From Candidatus Omnitrophota bacterium (GTDB lineage: Bacteria > Omnitrophota > Gorgyraeia > JAGLLT01), in the NCBI GenBank assembly GCA_030632085.1, contig DAOVJY010000006.1, positions 26,805 to 90,804 on the forward strand: a DNA stretch of 64,000 bases, in the 5' to 3' direction. Positions 38,081 to 47,832 of this stretch are shown piece after piece. The first letter of the stretch is position 1. The number at the start of each line of letters is the position of its first letter. The notes below the pieces were generated by a model, which worked only from the letters and a program-made list of their open reading frames with translations, was not told where the DNA came from and made no database searches. The position numbers and the translations under genes are program-made.

Positions 38081-40489
38081 ATGGAACAAAGGTATTATGA
38101 AACATCCTATGGTTATTTTGCTGATGAAGGCAGAGAATATGTAATTAAAACCCCGACGACACCGAAGCCGTGGATTAATGTGATTTCCAATCGTAAAAAT
38201 TATGGTTTGGTTGTTTCTCAGACCGGCGGCGGTTACTCATGGTATCGGCACGCGCGCCAGAACAGACTCACCAGGTGGAATCAGGATATTGTCCGTGATA
38301 ATTGGGGTAAGTATATATATATTAGAGACAACAAAACAGGCAAATTTTCATCCTGCACATATCAACCTACAAAATTAAAAACGAAATACTATAAATGCCG
38401 CCATGGGCTTGGTTACACGGTGTTTGAAAACCTTTGGAATGATATTTTATGTACTCTTACGATAACAGTCGCGCCTGATGATACGATAGAAATATGGTCA
38501 CTTGCTCTTGAAAATAAAAGCAGCAAGAAGAAAGATTTAAGTCTTTTCACTTATTTTGAATGGGCTTTAGGTGTTGCTCCGGACGCCCACAGGGAATTTC
38601 ATAAACTCTTTATTGAAACTGAATATGATTCAAAAAATAAGAGTATGTTTGCTACGAAGAGATTATGTACTGTTCAAGCCAGGGACGGTATACCCTGGAA
38701 TTCACCCTGGGATTATGTAGCTTTTCATTCATCGAGCGTAAAGCCGTCTTCATATGAAGGAGATAAAGAAAGCTTCCTGGGCCAGTATGGTGATTTTAAC
38801 GCGCCCAAAGCTGTAAAAAACGGCAAATGCGGGAATACCCAGGGCAAGTGGAATGATTCTATAGCGTCTTTGAATGTAAACCTAAAACTTAATGCTAATC
38901 AAAAGAAAACCGTTGTCTTTACTTTAGGCCTTGCTGAAAGTAGGAAAGTTGCCGAGAAGTTAATATCAAAATATAATAGCGTATCAGCCGCGGAGGATAC
39001 GGTAAAAAAAGCAAAAAAAGGCTGGTTGGACTTACTGGGCAGTTTTCATATTGAGACGCCTGATAAAGGTTTTGATTTTTTAAATAATTACTGGTTAAGA
39101 TATCAGGCTATTTCGGGTAGAATTTGGGGCCGTTCAGCATATTATCAAGTGGGTGGAGATTTTGGCTTTAGAGACCAGCTGCAGGATTCTCAGATATTTC
39201 TTACTATTGACCCCAAACTCACACGTAAACAACTTTTGCTTAATGCCGAACATCAATTTAAAAATGGCATGGTACAGCATTGGTGGAATCCTTTAAATGA
39301 TATTGGATGTAAAAACAATATAACCGATAATTTATTATGGCTTCCCTTTATAACCATCGCTTATCTTAAAGAAACAGCTGATTTTGATTTTTTAAAGGAG
39401 AAAGTCGGCTATCTTGATAATAACAGAAAGACATCTGTTTTTGATCACTGTTTGAAAGCGATTGAAAAAAGCATGAATAGATTGGGTTCCCGGGGATTGC
39501 CTTTGATTGGTGAAGGTGACTGGAACGACGGCCTTTGCAGAGTGGGAAACGACTGGAAGGGCGAGTCGGTTTGGCTGGCCCATTTCTTATATGGAATCCT
39601 GGTAGAGTGGTCAACTCTTCTTAATCGAATAAATAAGAAAAAAATAACTCAAAAGTTTAAAGAAGACGCTCGAAAGTTAAAAGATAATATCAATAAACAT
39701 GCCTGGGACGGTAAGTGGTATTTTAGAGCTACAAAGGATGATGGTGTTATCCTGGGTTCTAACAATCAGGAAGAAGGCAAGATTTTCTTAAATGCTCAAA
39801 CGTGGGCAATTATGAATGAAATAATTCCCCAAGATAGGCTGCAGAGCGTTTTGGAAGCACTGGATAAGCATTTATATCGTGAATACGGCCCCATCCTTTT
39901 TTATCCGGCATATTCAAAACCGGATAAAAAGATTGGTTACCTTTCGAGGTATGCTCCCGGAACAAGAGAAAACGCGGGACTTTATACCCATGCCGGTTGT
40001 TGGGCGGTCATAGCTGAAGTTGTGGCGCAAAGGGAAGATCGCGCTTGGGATTTATACAACAAATTTATGCCTGTAAGAAGAGGTATGGATCCGGATTTTT
40101 ATAAAGCGGAACCATATGTTACATGCGGGAATGTAGATGGCCCGGATTCAGCTAATTTTGGGCGTGGTGCCTGGAGTTGGTACTCAGGTTCAGCCGGATG
40201 GCTTTATAAGGCCGCTATAGACTGGTTATTAGGTATAAGGGCTGAATATGACGGCCTTAGAGTGGAGCCGGTCTTGCCTGACGATTGGAATGAATGTACA
40301 ATTAAAAGAATATTTAGAGGGACAACATACAATATCACCATATTTAAATACGATGGGCCTAATCAGATAATTGTTGATGGCAAGGTTCATGATTCTAATG
40401 TTATTCCTGTTTTTAAAGATAAAAAGCAGCATAATGTGATCTTCAGAATAACAAAAAATTACCCTGTTAAAGCAAGGAAAATAGGTTAA
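38081..40489 (+). CDS. GH94-like glycoside phosphorylase (cellobiose/chitobiose phosphorylase family)
   Basis: N-terminus YGYFADEGREYVIKTPTTPKPWINVISN resembles cellobiose phosphorylases; catalytic-region GEGDWNDGL motif; 802 aa, no signal peptide. Confidence 0.6.
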   Translation: MEQRYYETSYGYFADEGREYVIKTPTTPKPWINVISNRKNYGLVVSQTGGGYSWYRHARQNRLTRWNQDIVRDNWGKYIYIRDNKTGKFSSCTYQPTKLKTKYYKCRHGLGYTVFENLWNDILCTLTITVAPDDTIEIWSLALENKSSKKKDLSLFTYFEWALGVAPDAHREFHKLFIETEYDSKNKSMFATKRLCTVQARDGIPWNSPWDYVAFHSSSVKPSSYEGDKESFLGQYGDFNAPKAVKNGKCGNTQGKWNDSIASLNVNLKLNANQKKTVVFTLGLAESRKVAEKLISKYNSVSAAEDTVKKAKKGWLDLLGSFHIETPDKGFDFLNNYWLRYQAISGRIWGRSAYYQVGGDFGFRDQLQDSQIFLTIDPKLTRKQLLLNAEHQFKNGMVQHWWNPLNDIGCKNNITDNLLWLPFITIAYLKETADFDFLKEKVGYLDNNRKTSVFDHCLKAIEKSMNRLGSRGLPLIGEGDWNDGLCRVGNDWKGESVWLAHFLYGILVEWSTLLNRINKKKITQKFKEDARKLKDNINKHAWDGKWYFRATKDDGVILGSNNQEEGKIFLNAQTWAIMNEIIPQDRLQSVLEALDKHLYREYGPILFYPAYSKPDKKIGYLSRYAPGTRENAGLYTHAGCWAVIAEVVAQREDRAWDLYNKFMPVRRGMDPDFYKAEPYVTCGNVDGPDSANFGRGAWSWYSGSAGWLYKAAIDWLLGIRAEYDGLRVEPVLPDDWNECTIKRIFRGTTYNITIFKYDGPNQIIVDGKVHDSNVIPVFKDKKQHNVIFRITKNYPVKARKIG

Positions 40490-40569
40490 CTTATTAAAAG
40501 TTTCATGGTAAAATTTTTACATGATTGTTAAAATGTACGCAAGAGAACGCAAAACAGGAGGTGTGAGGA

Positions 40570-41151
40570 ATGAGGAAGTCAATGATTGTATTAGTGGCTA
40601 TATGTATTTTGTTGTTTATGGCTACAGGGCCGGCACAAGCCAAAGAGGCTTATGTTGATGACTATAATACCGGAGATAAACCTAATTCTATGGGCGGCGA
40701 TTTGGGTGTTTTTGATTATATGCCTAACGATTTTTCGCAAAGTTGTTTGGTGGCTTATGATTCGGATGTAAAAAGGGGTGACTCCGGCTTTTCTATGCGC
40801 TTGGAATATGACGTTGATTCACTAAACCCGGCCTTTAACGGGTTTTGGACAAGGTTAAATGGTTTTAACGCTAAAGGTTATAACAAAATAGTTTTGTGGA
40901 TTAAAGGTGATACTAATAAAGGTTATACTACAACTTTTAAAGTTGAGTTGAAAAATGACCGGGGTGAAAAAGGCGATTACTATGTTAAGGGTATAACCGG
41001 TGATTGGACTAAGGTGGAGATTCCTTTAAATCGTTTCGACGGGATTACTGATTTATCATGTTTATTAGAATTTGTTATCGTATTTGAAGATGATTCGGCT
41101 ACTACAAAAGAAGGAACAATTTGGATAGATGATATTTACTTCAGTGATTAG
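40570..41151 (+). CDS. Secreted CBM-like / galactose-binding-like domain protein, tandem paralog 1
   Basis: Signal peptide; C-terminal TIWIDDIYFSD; ~85% identical to paralog 2. Confidence 0.6.
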   Translation: MRKSMIVLVAICILLFMATGPAQAKEAYVDDYNTGDKPNSMGGDLGVFDYMPNDFSQSCLVAYDSDVKRGDSGFSMRLEYDVDSLNPAFNGFWTRLNGFNAKGYNKIVLWIKGDTNKGYTTTFKVELKNDRGEKGDYYVKGITGDWTKVEIPLNRFDGITDLSCLLEFVIVFEDDSATTKEGTIWIDDIYFSD

Positions 41152-41243
41152 TTTCGGTGTAATTAAATTATGAACCGGACACAAGTATAAAGTCAAAAGT
41201 CACAAGACACAAGTCACAAGTAAAAAATAAAAAATAGTACATA
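41152..41243. repeat. Low-complexity element (acaagtataaagtcaaaagtcacaagacacaagtcacaagtaaaaaa), member of the dispersed caag/aagtca repeat family
   Basis: Variants recur at 41962-42049 and 46983-47030. Confidence 0.6.
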
Positions 41244-41295
41244 AGGTGATTTTCAGAATAACAAAAAATTACCTTGTTAAAGTAAGGAAAATAGG

Positions 41296-41324
41296 TTGAC
41301 TTATTAAGGGCTTCATGGTATAAT
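41296..41324 (+). promoter_or_regulatory. Consensus sigma70 promoter TTGACT-17-TATAAT for paralog 2. The homologous site before paralog 1 (about 40488-40516) is degraded to TTAACT...TAAAAT.
   Basis: Direct reading; lies in a duplicated segment that also copies the last ~50 nt of the GH94 gene. Confidence 0.55.
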
Positions 41325-41379
41325 TTTTACATGATTGTTAAAATGTACGCAAGAGAACGCAAAAAAGGAGGTATATGAA

Positions 41380-41961
41380 TTGAAGAAGTCAATGATTGTA
41401 TTAATGGTTATATGTATTTTGTTGTTTATGGCTGCAGGGCCGGCACAAGCCAAAGCGGCTTATGTTGATGACTATAATACCGGAGATAAACCTAATTCTA
41501 TGGGCGGCGATTTGGGTGCTTTTGATTTTCAACCGGAAGATCTTACGCAAAGTTGTTTGGTGGCTTATGATTCGGATGTAAAAAGGGGTGACTCCGGCTT
41601 TTCTATGCGCTTGGAATATGACGTTGATTCACTAAACCCGGCCTTTAACGGGTTTTGGACAAAGTTAAATGGTTTTAACGCTAAAGGTTATAATAAAGTA
41701 GTTTTATGGGTTAAAGGTGACGCCGATAAAGGCCATACTACTACCTTTAAAGCCGAGCTGAAAAATGACCGGGGTGAACAGGGTGAATATTATGTTACGG
41801 GTATAACCGGTGACTGGACTAAGGTGAAGATTCCTTTAAATCGTTTCGACGGGATTACTGATTTATCATCTTTATCAGAATTTATTATCGTATTTGAAGA
41901 CAATATAGTTACTACAAAAGAAGGAACAATTTGGATAGATGATATTTACTTCAGTAATTAG
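41380..41961 (+). CDS. Secreted CBM-like domain protein, tandem paralog 2
   Basis: Aligned with paralog 1, the start is the TTG at 41380 (MKKSMIVL...) 9 nt after AGGAGG; the ATG of copy 1 is TTG here. The in-frame extension to 41335 covers the promoter and is unlikely to be coding. Confidence 0.55.
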   Translation: MKKSMIVLMVICILLFMAAGPAQAKAAYVDDYNTGDKPNSMGGDLGAFDFQPEDLTQSCLVAYDSDVKRGDSGFSMRLEYDVDSLNPAFNGFWTKLNGFNAKGYNKVVLWVKGDADKGHTTTFKAELKNDRGEQGEYYVTGITGDWTKVKIPLNRFDGITDLSSLSEFIIVFEDNIVTTKEGTIWIDDIYFSN

Positions 41962-42049
41962 TTTCGGTATAATTACGCTATGAACCGGAAACAAGTACAA
42001 AGTCATAAGTCACAAGGCACAAGTAAAAAACAAAAAAACAAGCACAAAA
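41962..42049. repeat. Low-complexity element, dispersed repeat family member (variant of 41152-41243)
   Basis: aacaagtacaaagtcataagtcacaaggcacaagtaaaaaac... Confidence 0.6.
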
Positions 42050-42086
42050 GGGTCTTCTTTCTAAAAAAGAAGGCCTTTTTTTAAAA
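42050..42086 (+). terminator. Rho-independent terminator (ggtcttctt tctaaaa aagaaggcc ttttttt)
   Basis: 9-bp GC-containing stem, 7-nt loop, T7 tail. Confidence 0.7.
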
Positions 42087-42110
42087 AAACATAATGTCGG
42101 GGAGGGCATT

Positions 42111-42860
42111 ATGAGTTTAAAGTATTCATTTGTAATTTTATTGTTAAGCTGTTTGTTTACTGTATCATCCTGTTCGGGTAACAAAGATCAAGAGGCGATA
42201 ATAACGGAAGATGTAAACCTATCTCAGCAGTTTACCGGTGAGCTTGATGAAAATACAATTCCGCGAGAAGCTCAAAAGGAAGAAGTCGCTTCTGTAAAGG
42301 AGCAAAGCATACCTGATAGTATTAAAACACCTAAAATTGAATCTCTTGAAGGCGGAGTTTGCGTAGATGATTTTAATGCCGGCTCTAAACCCAATTGCCT
42401 CGAAGGTGATTTGGGTGCTTTTGATTTTCAACCGGAAGATCTTACGCAAAGTTGTTTGGCGGCTTATAATTCGGATGTAAAAAGGGGTGACTCCGGCTTT
42501 TCTATGCGCTTGGAATATGACGTTGATTCACTAAACCCGGCCTTTAACGGGTTTTGGACAAAGCTGGAAGATTTTGACGCTAGTGATTTTTCTAAGTTGG
42601 TTTTTTGGGTTAAAGGAGATCAGGAGTATGGTTTTACGGATACTTTTAAAGTGGAACTCAAAAACAACTCAGGTGAAACCGGTAAATATTATGTTAAGAA
42701 TATTACAGCCCAATGGAAAAAGATAGAGGTGCCGCTAAAGGATTTTGCTTTTATAAGTGATTTTTCTGATTTAGTAGAATTAGTTTTTGTATTTGAGGAT
42801 AGAATTGCCTCAAAGAAACAGGGAACGATTTGGGTTGACGATATCTATTTTGTAGAGTAA
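42111..42860 (+). CDS. Secreted CBM-like domain protein, divergent paralog 3 with a longer N-terminal linker
   Basis: Signal peptide, lipobox-like SSCSG, C-terminal TIWVDDIYFVE; the central ~110 nt are near-identical to paralogs 1 and 2. Confidence 0.6.
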   Translation: MSLKYSFVILLLSCLFTVSSCSGNKDQEAIITEDVNLSQQFTGELDENTIPREAQKEEVASVKEQSIPDSIKTPKIESLEGGVCVDDFNAGSKPNCLEGDLGAFDFQPEDLTQSCLAAYNSDVKRGDSGFSMRLEYDVDSLNPAFNGFWTKLEDFDASDFSKLVFWVKGDQEYGFTDTFKVELKNNSGETGKYYVKNITAQWKKIEVPLKDFAFISDFSDLVELVFVFEDRIASKKQGTIWVDDIYFVE

Positions 42861-42894
42861 ATTATAATAAAGGAGTAAAAAAGTAGTTTAGAAA

Positions 42895-43713
42895 ATGAAT
42901 ACATTAGTTGATGTATCTAAGTTGGGTAATATTTCCGTTGTCAAGAAGCTCAATAGCTTGCTTAATAAAGTTTTTGGGGTTAAAATTTATTTTTACGGAT
43001 TAGAGTCTGAAGATGGTAAAAGTATTTTTGATGACAGAGAAGCACTTAAGAATTTTTTTGGAAATTCTTCCGGTGCGGTTAGTAAAGATGTAAAAAAAGC
43101 CGTAAATAAAAAAGAGCTAATAATTTGTTCAACCTCAAACCAGTGTAAAAGAATTATTTTACCGATTATGGTAAGAAAAAAAGTTTATGGGTTTGCGGTT
43201 ACTGATGAATTCAGTTCAAAGAAATCTTCGGCAGCCAAAGAACAAACAGCTAATCTTTCGAGTGACCCTAAAATTAAAGAGTTATGCGGTTTTCTGGAAG
43301 AATTTATTAATTTCATATTTTCTTTGAAGTTTGAAGAGATAGTTTTTTTAAACTCCGATATGGCTCAAACCCATTTGCAGGAATCAATCTCGAAGGCGAT
43401 AGATTTTATAAAAGAAAATTATTACAGGCCCAATCTTTCATTAAACGAAGTTTCCGAAGCTGTAAGTTTAAGCCCCTACTATTTTTCTCATCAGTTTAAA
43501 AAAGAATACAATACAACCTTTATTGAATTCGTTACAAGAATCAGATTAGAAGCCGCTTTAAAACTTTTAAAAGACATGAGGTTAAGTGTGGCTCAGGTGT
43601 CTTTTGCGGTTGGTTATCAAGATCCTAATTACTTCAGTAAAGTGTTTAAAAAGTGGATGAATATTTCCCCTCAGGAATATAGGGATCAAATTGTGGATCA
43701 AAAAATTTCTTAA
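42895..43713 (+). CDS. AraC/XylS-family transcriptional regulator
   Basis: C-terminal double HTH AraC signature (YFSHQFKKEYNTTFIEFVTRIRLEAALKLL...VGYQDPNYFSKVFKK). Confidence 0.75.
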   Translation: MNTLVDVSKLGNISVVKKLNSLLNKVFGVKIYFYGLESEDGKSIFDDREALKNFFGNSSGAVSKDVKKAVNKKELIICSTSNQCKRIILPIMVRKKVYGFAVTDEFSSKKSSAAKEQTANLSSDPKIKELCGFLEEFINFIFSLKFEEIVFLNSDMAQTHLQESISKAIDFIKENYYRPNLSLNEVSEAVSLSPYYFSHQFKKEYNTTFIEFVTRIRLEAALKLLKDMRLSVAQVSFAVGYQDPNYFSKVFKKWMNISPQEYRDQIVDQKIS

Positions 43714-43725
43714 AAGGGTGAAGAC

Positions 43726-44175
43726 ATGTTGAAGGACAAAAGGAAGCACGAACGTTTTAACGTTACAAAGGCTTTTACGGGCCGGATATGCAGGAAGGAC
43801 AAGAAAACACTTCTTTCCGGTGACATACCAATATCAACTAAAGATATTAGTATGGGCGGCGTAAAATTGCAATGGCCCAAAAGCTGGCAATGTAAGAAGT
43901 GTAATAAGTGCCTGGGTTGGGTTTTTAATCATGGATGTCGTTTTAAGAACAATGAGACAAACAGAATAAACCGAATTTTAGACGAAGACGTGTTGCTTAG
44001 GGTGACAATTGAAGGCAATAAAGACAAGGTCAAAGAAATATTTTTGAAGATTGTCTGGACTGAGAAGACGGAAGATTTACAAGATCACTATGATGTGGGG
44101 CTAAATTTCGTTAAAACGGACAGGGATACGGAAGAGACAATCTCTGTTATAATAAAAGGTAATAAGAAGAAATAA
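43726..44175 (+). CDS. PilZ-domain c-di-GMP-binding protein
   Basis: RxxxR (RKHER) and D-x-S-x-G-G (DISMGGVKL) motifs in canonical order and spacing. Confidence 0.6.
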   Translation: MLKDKRKHERFNVTKAFTGRICRKDKKTLLSGDIPISTKDISMGGVKLQWPKSWQCKKCNKCLGWVFNHGCRFKNNETNRINRILDEDVLLRVTIEGNKDKVKEIFLKIVWTEKTEDLQDHYDVGLNFVKTDRDTEETISVIIKGNKKK

Positions 44176-44298
44176 ATTAAAGTTTATTTAGCGAAGTTTT
44201 TAACGCGTTTTGCTTAAAAATCACTGTCTTTTTTTACCCCAAACTTCTTACCTAAATGTCGAAAATTTAATAAAAAATAGTAAAAAAAGTTATAAATT

Positions 44299-44565
44299 AT
44301 GCGCAATAAAAAAAACTTTACTTTTTTTCTAATATGTGCTACCGTGTGCGCTTTGAGTGTTAATGCGTCGGCTGATGTTATTCGGCTCAATAACGGTTCT
44401 TCTATTAAGGGCTGTATTATTAAGAAAACCGAGAGTTTTTGCCTTTTACAAACCTCCTTGGGAACTGTGAATTTTCCCTTAAAAGCTATAGCGTCTGTTG
44501 CCGGGAAATCTAATAAAGTAGACCTTGCGTTTATTCGGTGTCTAAAAATAGAGGAGCAGAGATAA
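44299..44565 (+). CDS. Small secreted hypothetical protein (88 aa)
   Basis: Signal peptide only. Confidence 0.3.
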   Translation: MRNKKNFTFFLICATVCALSVNASADVIRLNNGSSIKGCIIKKTESFCLLQTSLGTVNFPLKAIASVAGKSNKVDLAFIRCLKIEEQR

Positions 44566-44567
44566 AA

Positions 44568-46982
44568 ATGGATTTTAAATTAACCAGCAAAACGTTCAAA
44601 TTAAACGGCAAGGATTTTTTTATCCTTTCAGGGGAAATACATTATTTTAGAATCCCAAAGAGGTTATGGAAAAAACATTTAACCCGTCTCAAGGAAGCAA
44701 ACTGCAATACAGTTTCTACTTATATTCCCTGGTGCTGGCATGAATATGATGATAATAAGTTTGACTTTACGGGTAAAACATGCCCGGAAAGAGATTTGGT
44801 TAGTTTTTTGAATCTCTGTCACGAGATGGGCCTTTATGTGATCGTTAAGCCCGGGCCGTATATTTTGGCTGAATACAAACGTAACGGTTTGCCTGAATGG
44901 CTTTTCGATAATTACCCGGAGGTCCAGGCTATAGATGAGAATTCAAATATTCATCCGCTTAAGATGACAACATACATGAATCCTATTTATTTGAAATATG
45001 CCAAGCGTTGGTATGATAAAATCATGCCCATAATAAGAGATTATCAGATAACAAATGATAAGATGATTATCATGATGCAGTTATGTAATGAGATAGCATT
45101 TTACTATTGGTTTTCCGCTGAAGGAGATTATAACTCCGGTTGCCTGAAGTATTATCACGAGTTTTTAAAGAAGGAGTATAAGAATATTAAGGCGTTAAAT
45201 AAGATTTATAAAACCGACTACAGCGCCTTTGATAAAATAAGGCCGCCTAAGGGTGAGGTTAAATGTGAAAAGGGTTATTTTGGTTATCGTGATTGGCATT
45301 TATTTTATCGCTGGTATTATGCCGTTTATTTAACTCATCTTTTAAAAGAGGTTAGAAGTTTAGGGGTAAACATACCCACTTTCCATAACCTTCCCGGATG
45401 GATTAACGGTAGGGCCCTTGAATATCCGGTAAACGTAATTATGTACGATGAGTTAGAAAAGATGGCTCCTGAAATTATGCTGGGAGTGGACCATATACCG
45501 GAAACAGTTGATTTTAGAAATTTACATGATGATTTAGTTTGCAATGAAGTAACCCGGGCTCTTCAGAATCACAGGCATCCTACAATGGGTGTTGAAATTC
45601 AGGCCGGCAGCCGCCATCATAAAACCAAAGTATATGCCAACGAACTCGACCTATTCTATAAGGCGTGTTTGGTGCACGGCTTAAAGGGTATTAATTTATA
45701 TATGTTTTCTCAAGGAGTAAATCCTCCGAGAAAAGGAGATTTGGGCCCGCTTTTTTATTGGCAGACGCCGGTTGATAATAACGCTGAACCCTCAGAGCTT
45801 TACGGCACAGTTAAAAAATTTGGAGAGTTTGTAAAGACTCATGGGGTGAAAATCGCGAATTCCAGCAAGAAAGCCTCTATCGGTGTGGGTTTATATAGGC
45901 CATATTATCATACGGAATTTACAATTCCCGCTTTTGGTAAGAGAAAATTTAATGTTGAAGATTTAGGTATGCATTATGATCCTCAGAGAGTAAGAGATTC
46001 TGTCTTATTTGACGGTTTATTAAGATCTCTGCAGGTTTTAAATGAAAATTTCATAATTGAAGATTTACAAAGTATTGATTTAAAGCGCCTTAAAAAATAT
46101 AAACAGCTTTGGGTCATGTCTTTAGATTGTATGGATAAGGATACGCAGAAAAAACTTGCCGGTTATATAAAAGCGGGAGGCCATCTTATTATACTGCCCA
46201 CTTTTCCGCAAAAGGACCTGAACTTAAAGAAGTGTACTTATTTAGAAGACTTTTGTAAAATATCCAACAAAAAAACTGTCTATCCGGTTACGCCTAAAAT
46301 TGATCTGTTAGGTGTTAAGGATTTTCAATGCCTTACAAGAATCAATATATACAAGGCGGATAAAGCTAAGATTATCGCTGTAACTGAAGCCGGAGAATGC
46401 TGCGGCTTAAGCAAAAAAATCCAAAAGGGAAAAATAACTATCCTGGGAACCGCTTTTAGTTATGAGTTAGCGGAGCATTTAGAGGCTTACAAGAAGTTAA
46501 TTAACATTGATAATATTAAAAGATACGTAAAGGTGGACAATCCGGACATAATAGCGGGTGAACTTTTTGGTAAAGATTGCGACTATTTATATATTATGAA
46601 TTATCATAGAAATTATCAGTCTTTTAATCTGCAAATCAGTAATTTAGCTTCCGCTTCAAATTTGAAGAAAATGCTTAAGGATAAAATTTTCTTGATGCCT
46701 CCAACGTATGGCCTTATCGCGCCTCTTAATTTGGAAATTGCTTCAGGCCTCAGTGTAACATTTACAACCTCGGAGATATTAAGTGTTAAGAATCAAGAGG
46801 AGTATATTGAGCTTAAAATAGCGGGCCATCGGAAATTTAAAGGTATCTTGCTTTTAAAGTCAAAAAACAAGCCCAAAAAAGTATTAATAGATAATAAAAA
46901 GGCTAACATGAAATACAATTTAAAAGAGATATGTTTAGAATATACGCATAAGAAAAATCCATTTTCAATAAAAATATATTAA
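44568..46982 (+). CDS. GH35-like beta-galactosidase
   Basis: N-terminal GH35 signature (FILSGEIHYFRIPKRLWKKHLTRLKEANCNTVSTYIPWCWHE). Start chosen at the ATG 10 nt after AGGAGC (MDFKL); the ORF could begin at 44538. Confidence 0.6.
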   Translation: MDFKLTSKTFKLNGKDFFILSGEIHYFRIPKRLWKKHLTRLKEANCNTVSTYIPWCWHEYDDNKFDFTGKTCPERDLVSFLNLCHEMGLYVIVKPGPYILAEYKRNGLPEWLFDNYPEVQAIDENSNIHPLKMTTYMNPIYLKYAKRWYDKIMPIIRDYQITNDKMIIMMQLCNEIAFYYWFSAEGDYNSGCLKYYHEFLKKEYKNIKALNKIYKTDYSAFDKIRPPKGEVKCEKGYFGYRDWHLFYRWYYAVYLTHLLKEVRSLGVNIPTFHNLPGWINGRALEYPVNVIMYDELEKMAPEIMLGVDHIPETVDFRNLHDDLVCNEVTRALQNHRHPTMGVEIQAGSRHHKTKVYANELDLFYKACLVHGLKGINLYMFSQGVNPPRKGDLGPLFYWQTPVDNNAEPSELYGTVKKFGEFVKTHGVKIANSSKKASIGVGLYRPYYHTEFTIPAFGKRKFNVEDLGMHYDPQRVRDSVLFDGLLRSLQVLNENFIIEDLQSIDLKRLKKYKQLWVMSLDCMDKDTQKKLAGYIKAGGHLIILPTFPQKDLNLKKCTYLEDFCKISNKKTVYPVTPKIDLLGVKDFQCLTRINIYKADKAKIIAVTEAGECCGLSKKIQKGKITILGTAFSYELAEHLEAYKKLINIDNIKRYVKVDNPDIIAGELFGKDCDYLYIMNYHRNYQSFNLQISNLASASNLKKMLKDKIFLMPPTYGLIAPLNLEIASGLSVTFTTSEILSVKNQEEYIELKIAGHRKFKGILLLKSKNKPKKVLIDNKKANMKYNLKEICLEYTHKKNPFSIKIY

Positions 46983-47110
46983 GATATAAACAAGTACAAA
47001 GTCATACCCTGGTGGGCACAAGCAAGGCACAAGACACAAGACACAAGTAAGAGCATAGGGCGAAGAGCTAATGGCTAATAGCAAAAAAACAAAAGAATAA
47101 AAAAACGAGA
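46983..47110. repeat. Dispersed repeat family member (aacaagtacaaagtcataccctggtgggcacaagcaaggcacaagacacaagacacaagtaagagcatagggcgaagagctaatggctaatagc)
   Basis: Shares the aaagtcataccctggtgggcacaRgcaag word with 60461-60500, 62351-62390 and 62483-62520, and the gagcatagggcNaagagc word with 56980-57000. Confidence 0.65.
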
Positions 47111-47139
47111 AACAAGCTATAAGGCATAAGGAAGAATCT

Positions 47140-47175
47140 GATTTTTTTCTTGAACACTCTCAAACTTCGTGGGAT
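47140..47175 (+). promoter_or_regulatory. Putative promoter TTGAAC-17-GATAAT upstream of the coiled-coil lipoprotein gene
   Basis: Direct reading. Confidence 0.35.
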
Positions 47176-47235
47176 AATTAGGTAAGCGTTTTAAGTAAGA
47201 CGTTTACCTTTTTATTTTTAACAAGGAGTAAATAT

Positions 47236-47808
47236 ATGAAGGCCTTAAGATTTTTAGCCGTATTTGTAATTGGCTGCTTTGTTTTTTTAAGTTTTAGCTG
47301 CAATCCCTTCTTTGACAGAAAACAGGCTAAAAATACCGTCCTTAATAAAGATCCTTCTTTCGCGAGTGTTCTTAAAGAGAAAGATAGAATCAATACTCAG
47401 ATTAATAAGGCCAAAAAAGTCCTTAAAACTAAAAAGAAAGAAGTGGACGCGGCTATTGGCCAATTAAAGAAAAAATATGCCAAAGAAAACAAAAAAATAG
47501 GAGTAGAAGTAAAAAATCTTGAAAATGAGCTAAGTAAATATGTTGCTGAAATAAAGCTTAAAGTAAATAGTCTTAGCGAAGAATTAAAAACAAAAAAAAG
47601 AATTTTAAAGAATACCAACTCTATTATAAAAGAAGCTAATAAACTTCTTTCAGAGGATTCGCAAGCGCGATTATCATCTGAAGAAGAAACAAAATGGAAA
47701 GACAAACTCCTAGAGCTTAAGAGCCAAAAAGAAGATGTTACGCGCCAAATTGAAAAAATAAATGATAAGATAAAAATAGAAAAATTAAAATTAAAACTTA
47801 TAAATTAA
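47236..47808 (+). CDS. Coiled-coil lipoprotein (hypothetical)
   Basis: Signal peptide with LSFSC lipobox, then Lys/Glu-rich heptad-like sequence. Confidence 0.45.
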   Translation: MKALRFLAVFVIGCFVFLSFSCNPFFDRKQAKNTVLNKDPSFASVLKEKDRINTQINKAKKVLKTKKKEVDAAIGQLKKKYAKENKKIGVEVKNLENELSKYVAEIKLKVNSLSEELKTKKRILKNTNSIIKEANKLLSEDSQARLSSEEETKWKDKLLELKSQKEDVTRQIEKINDKIKIEKLKLKLIN

Positions 47809-47832
47809 GGTACTTTATCTAACTGTAAAAAA

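Noticed and set aside
41335-41379. N-terminal extension (MLKCTQENAKKEVYE) of CBM-like paralog 2
   Set aside because: It covers the duplicated promoter and RBS region. Aligned with paralog 1, the start is the TTG at 41380 preceded by AGGAGG.
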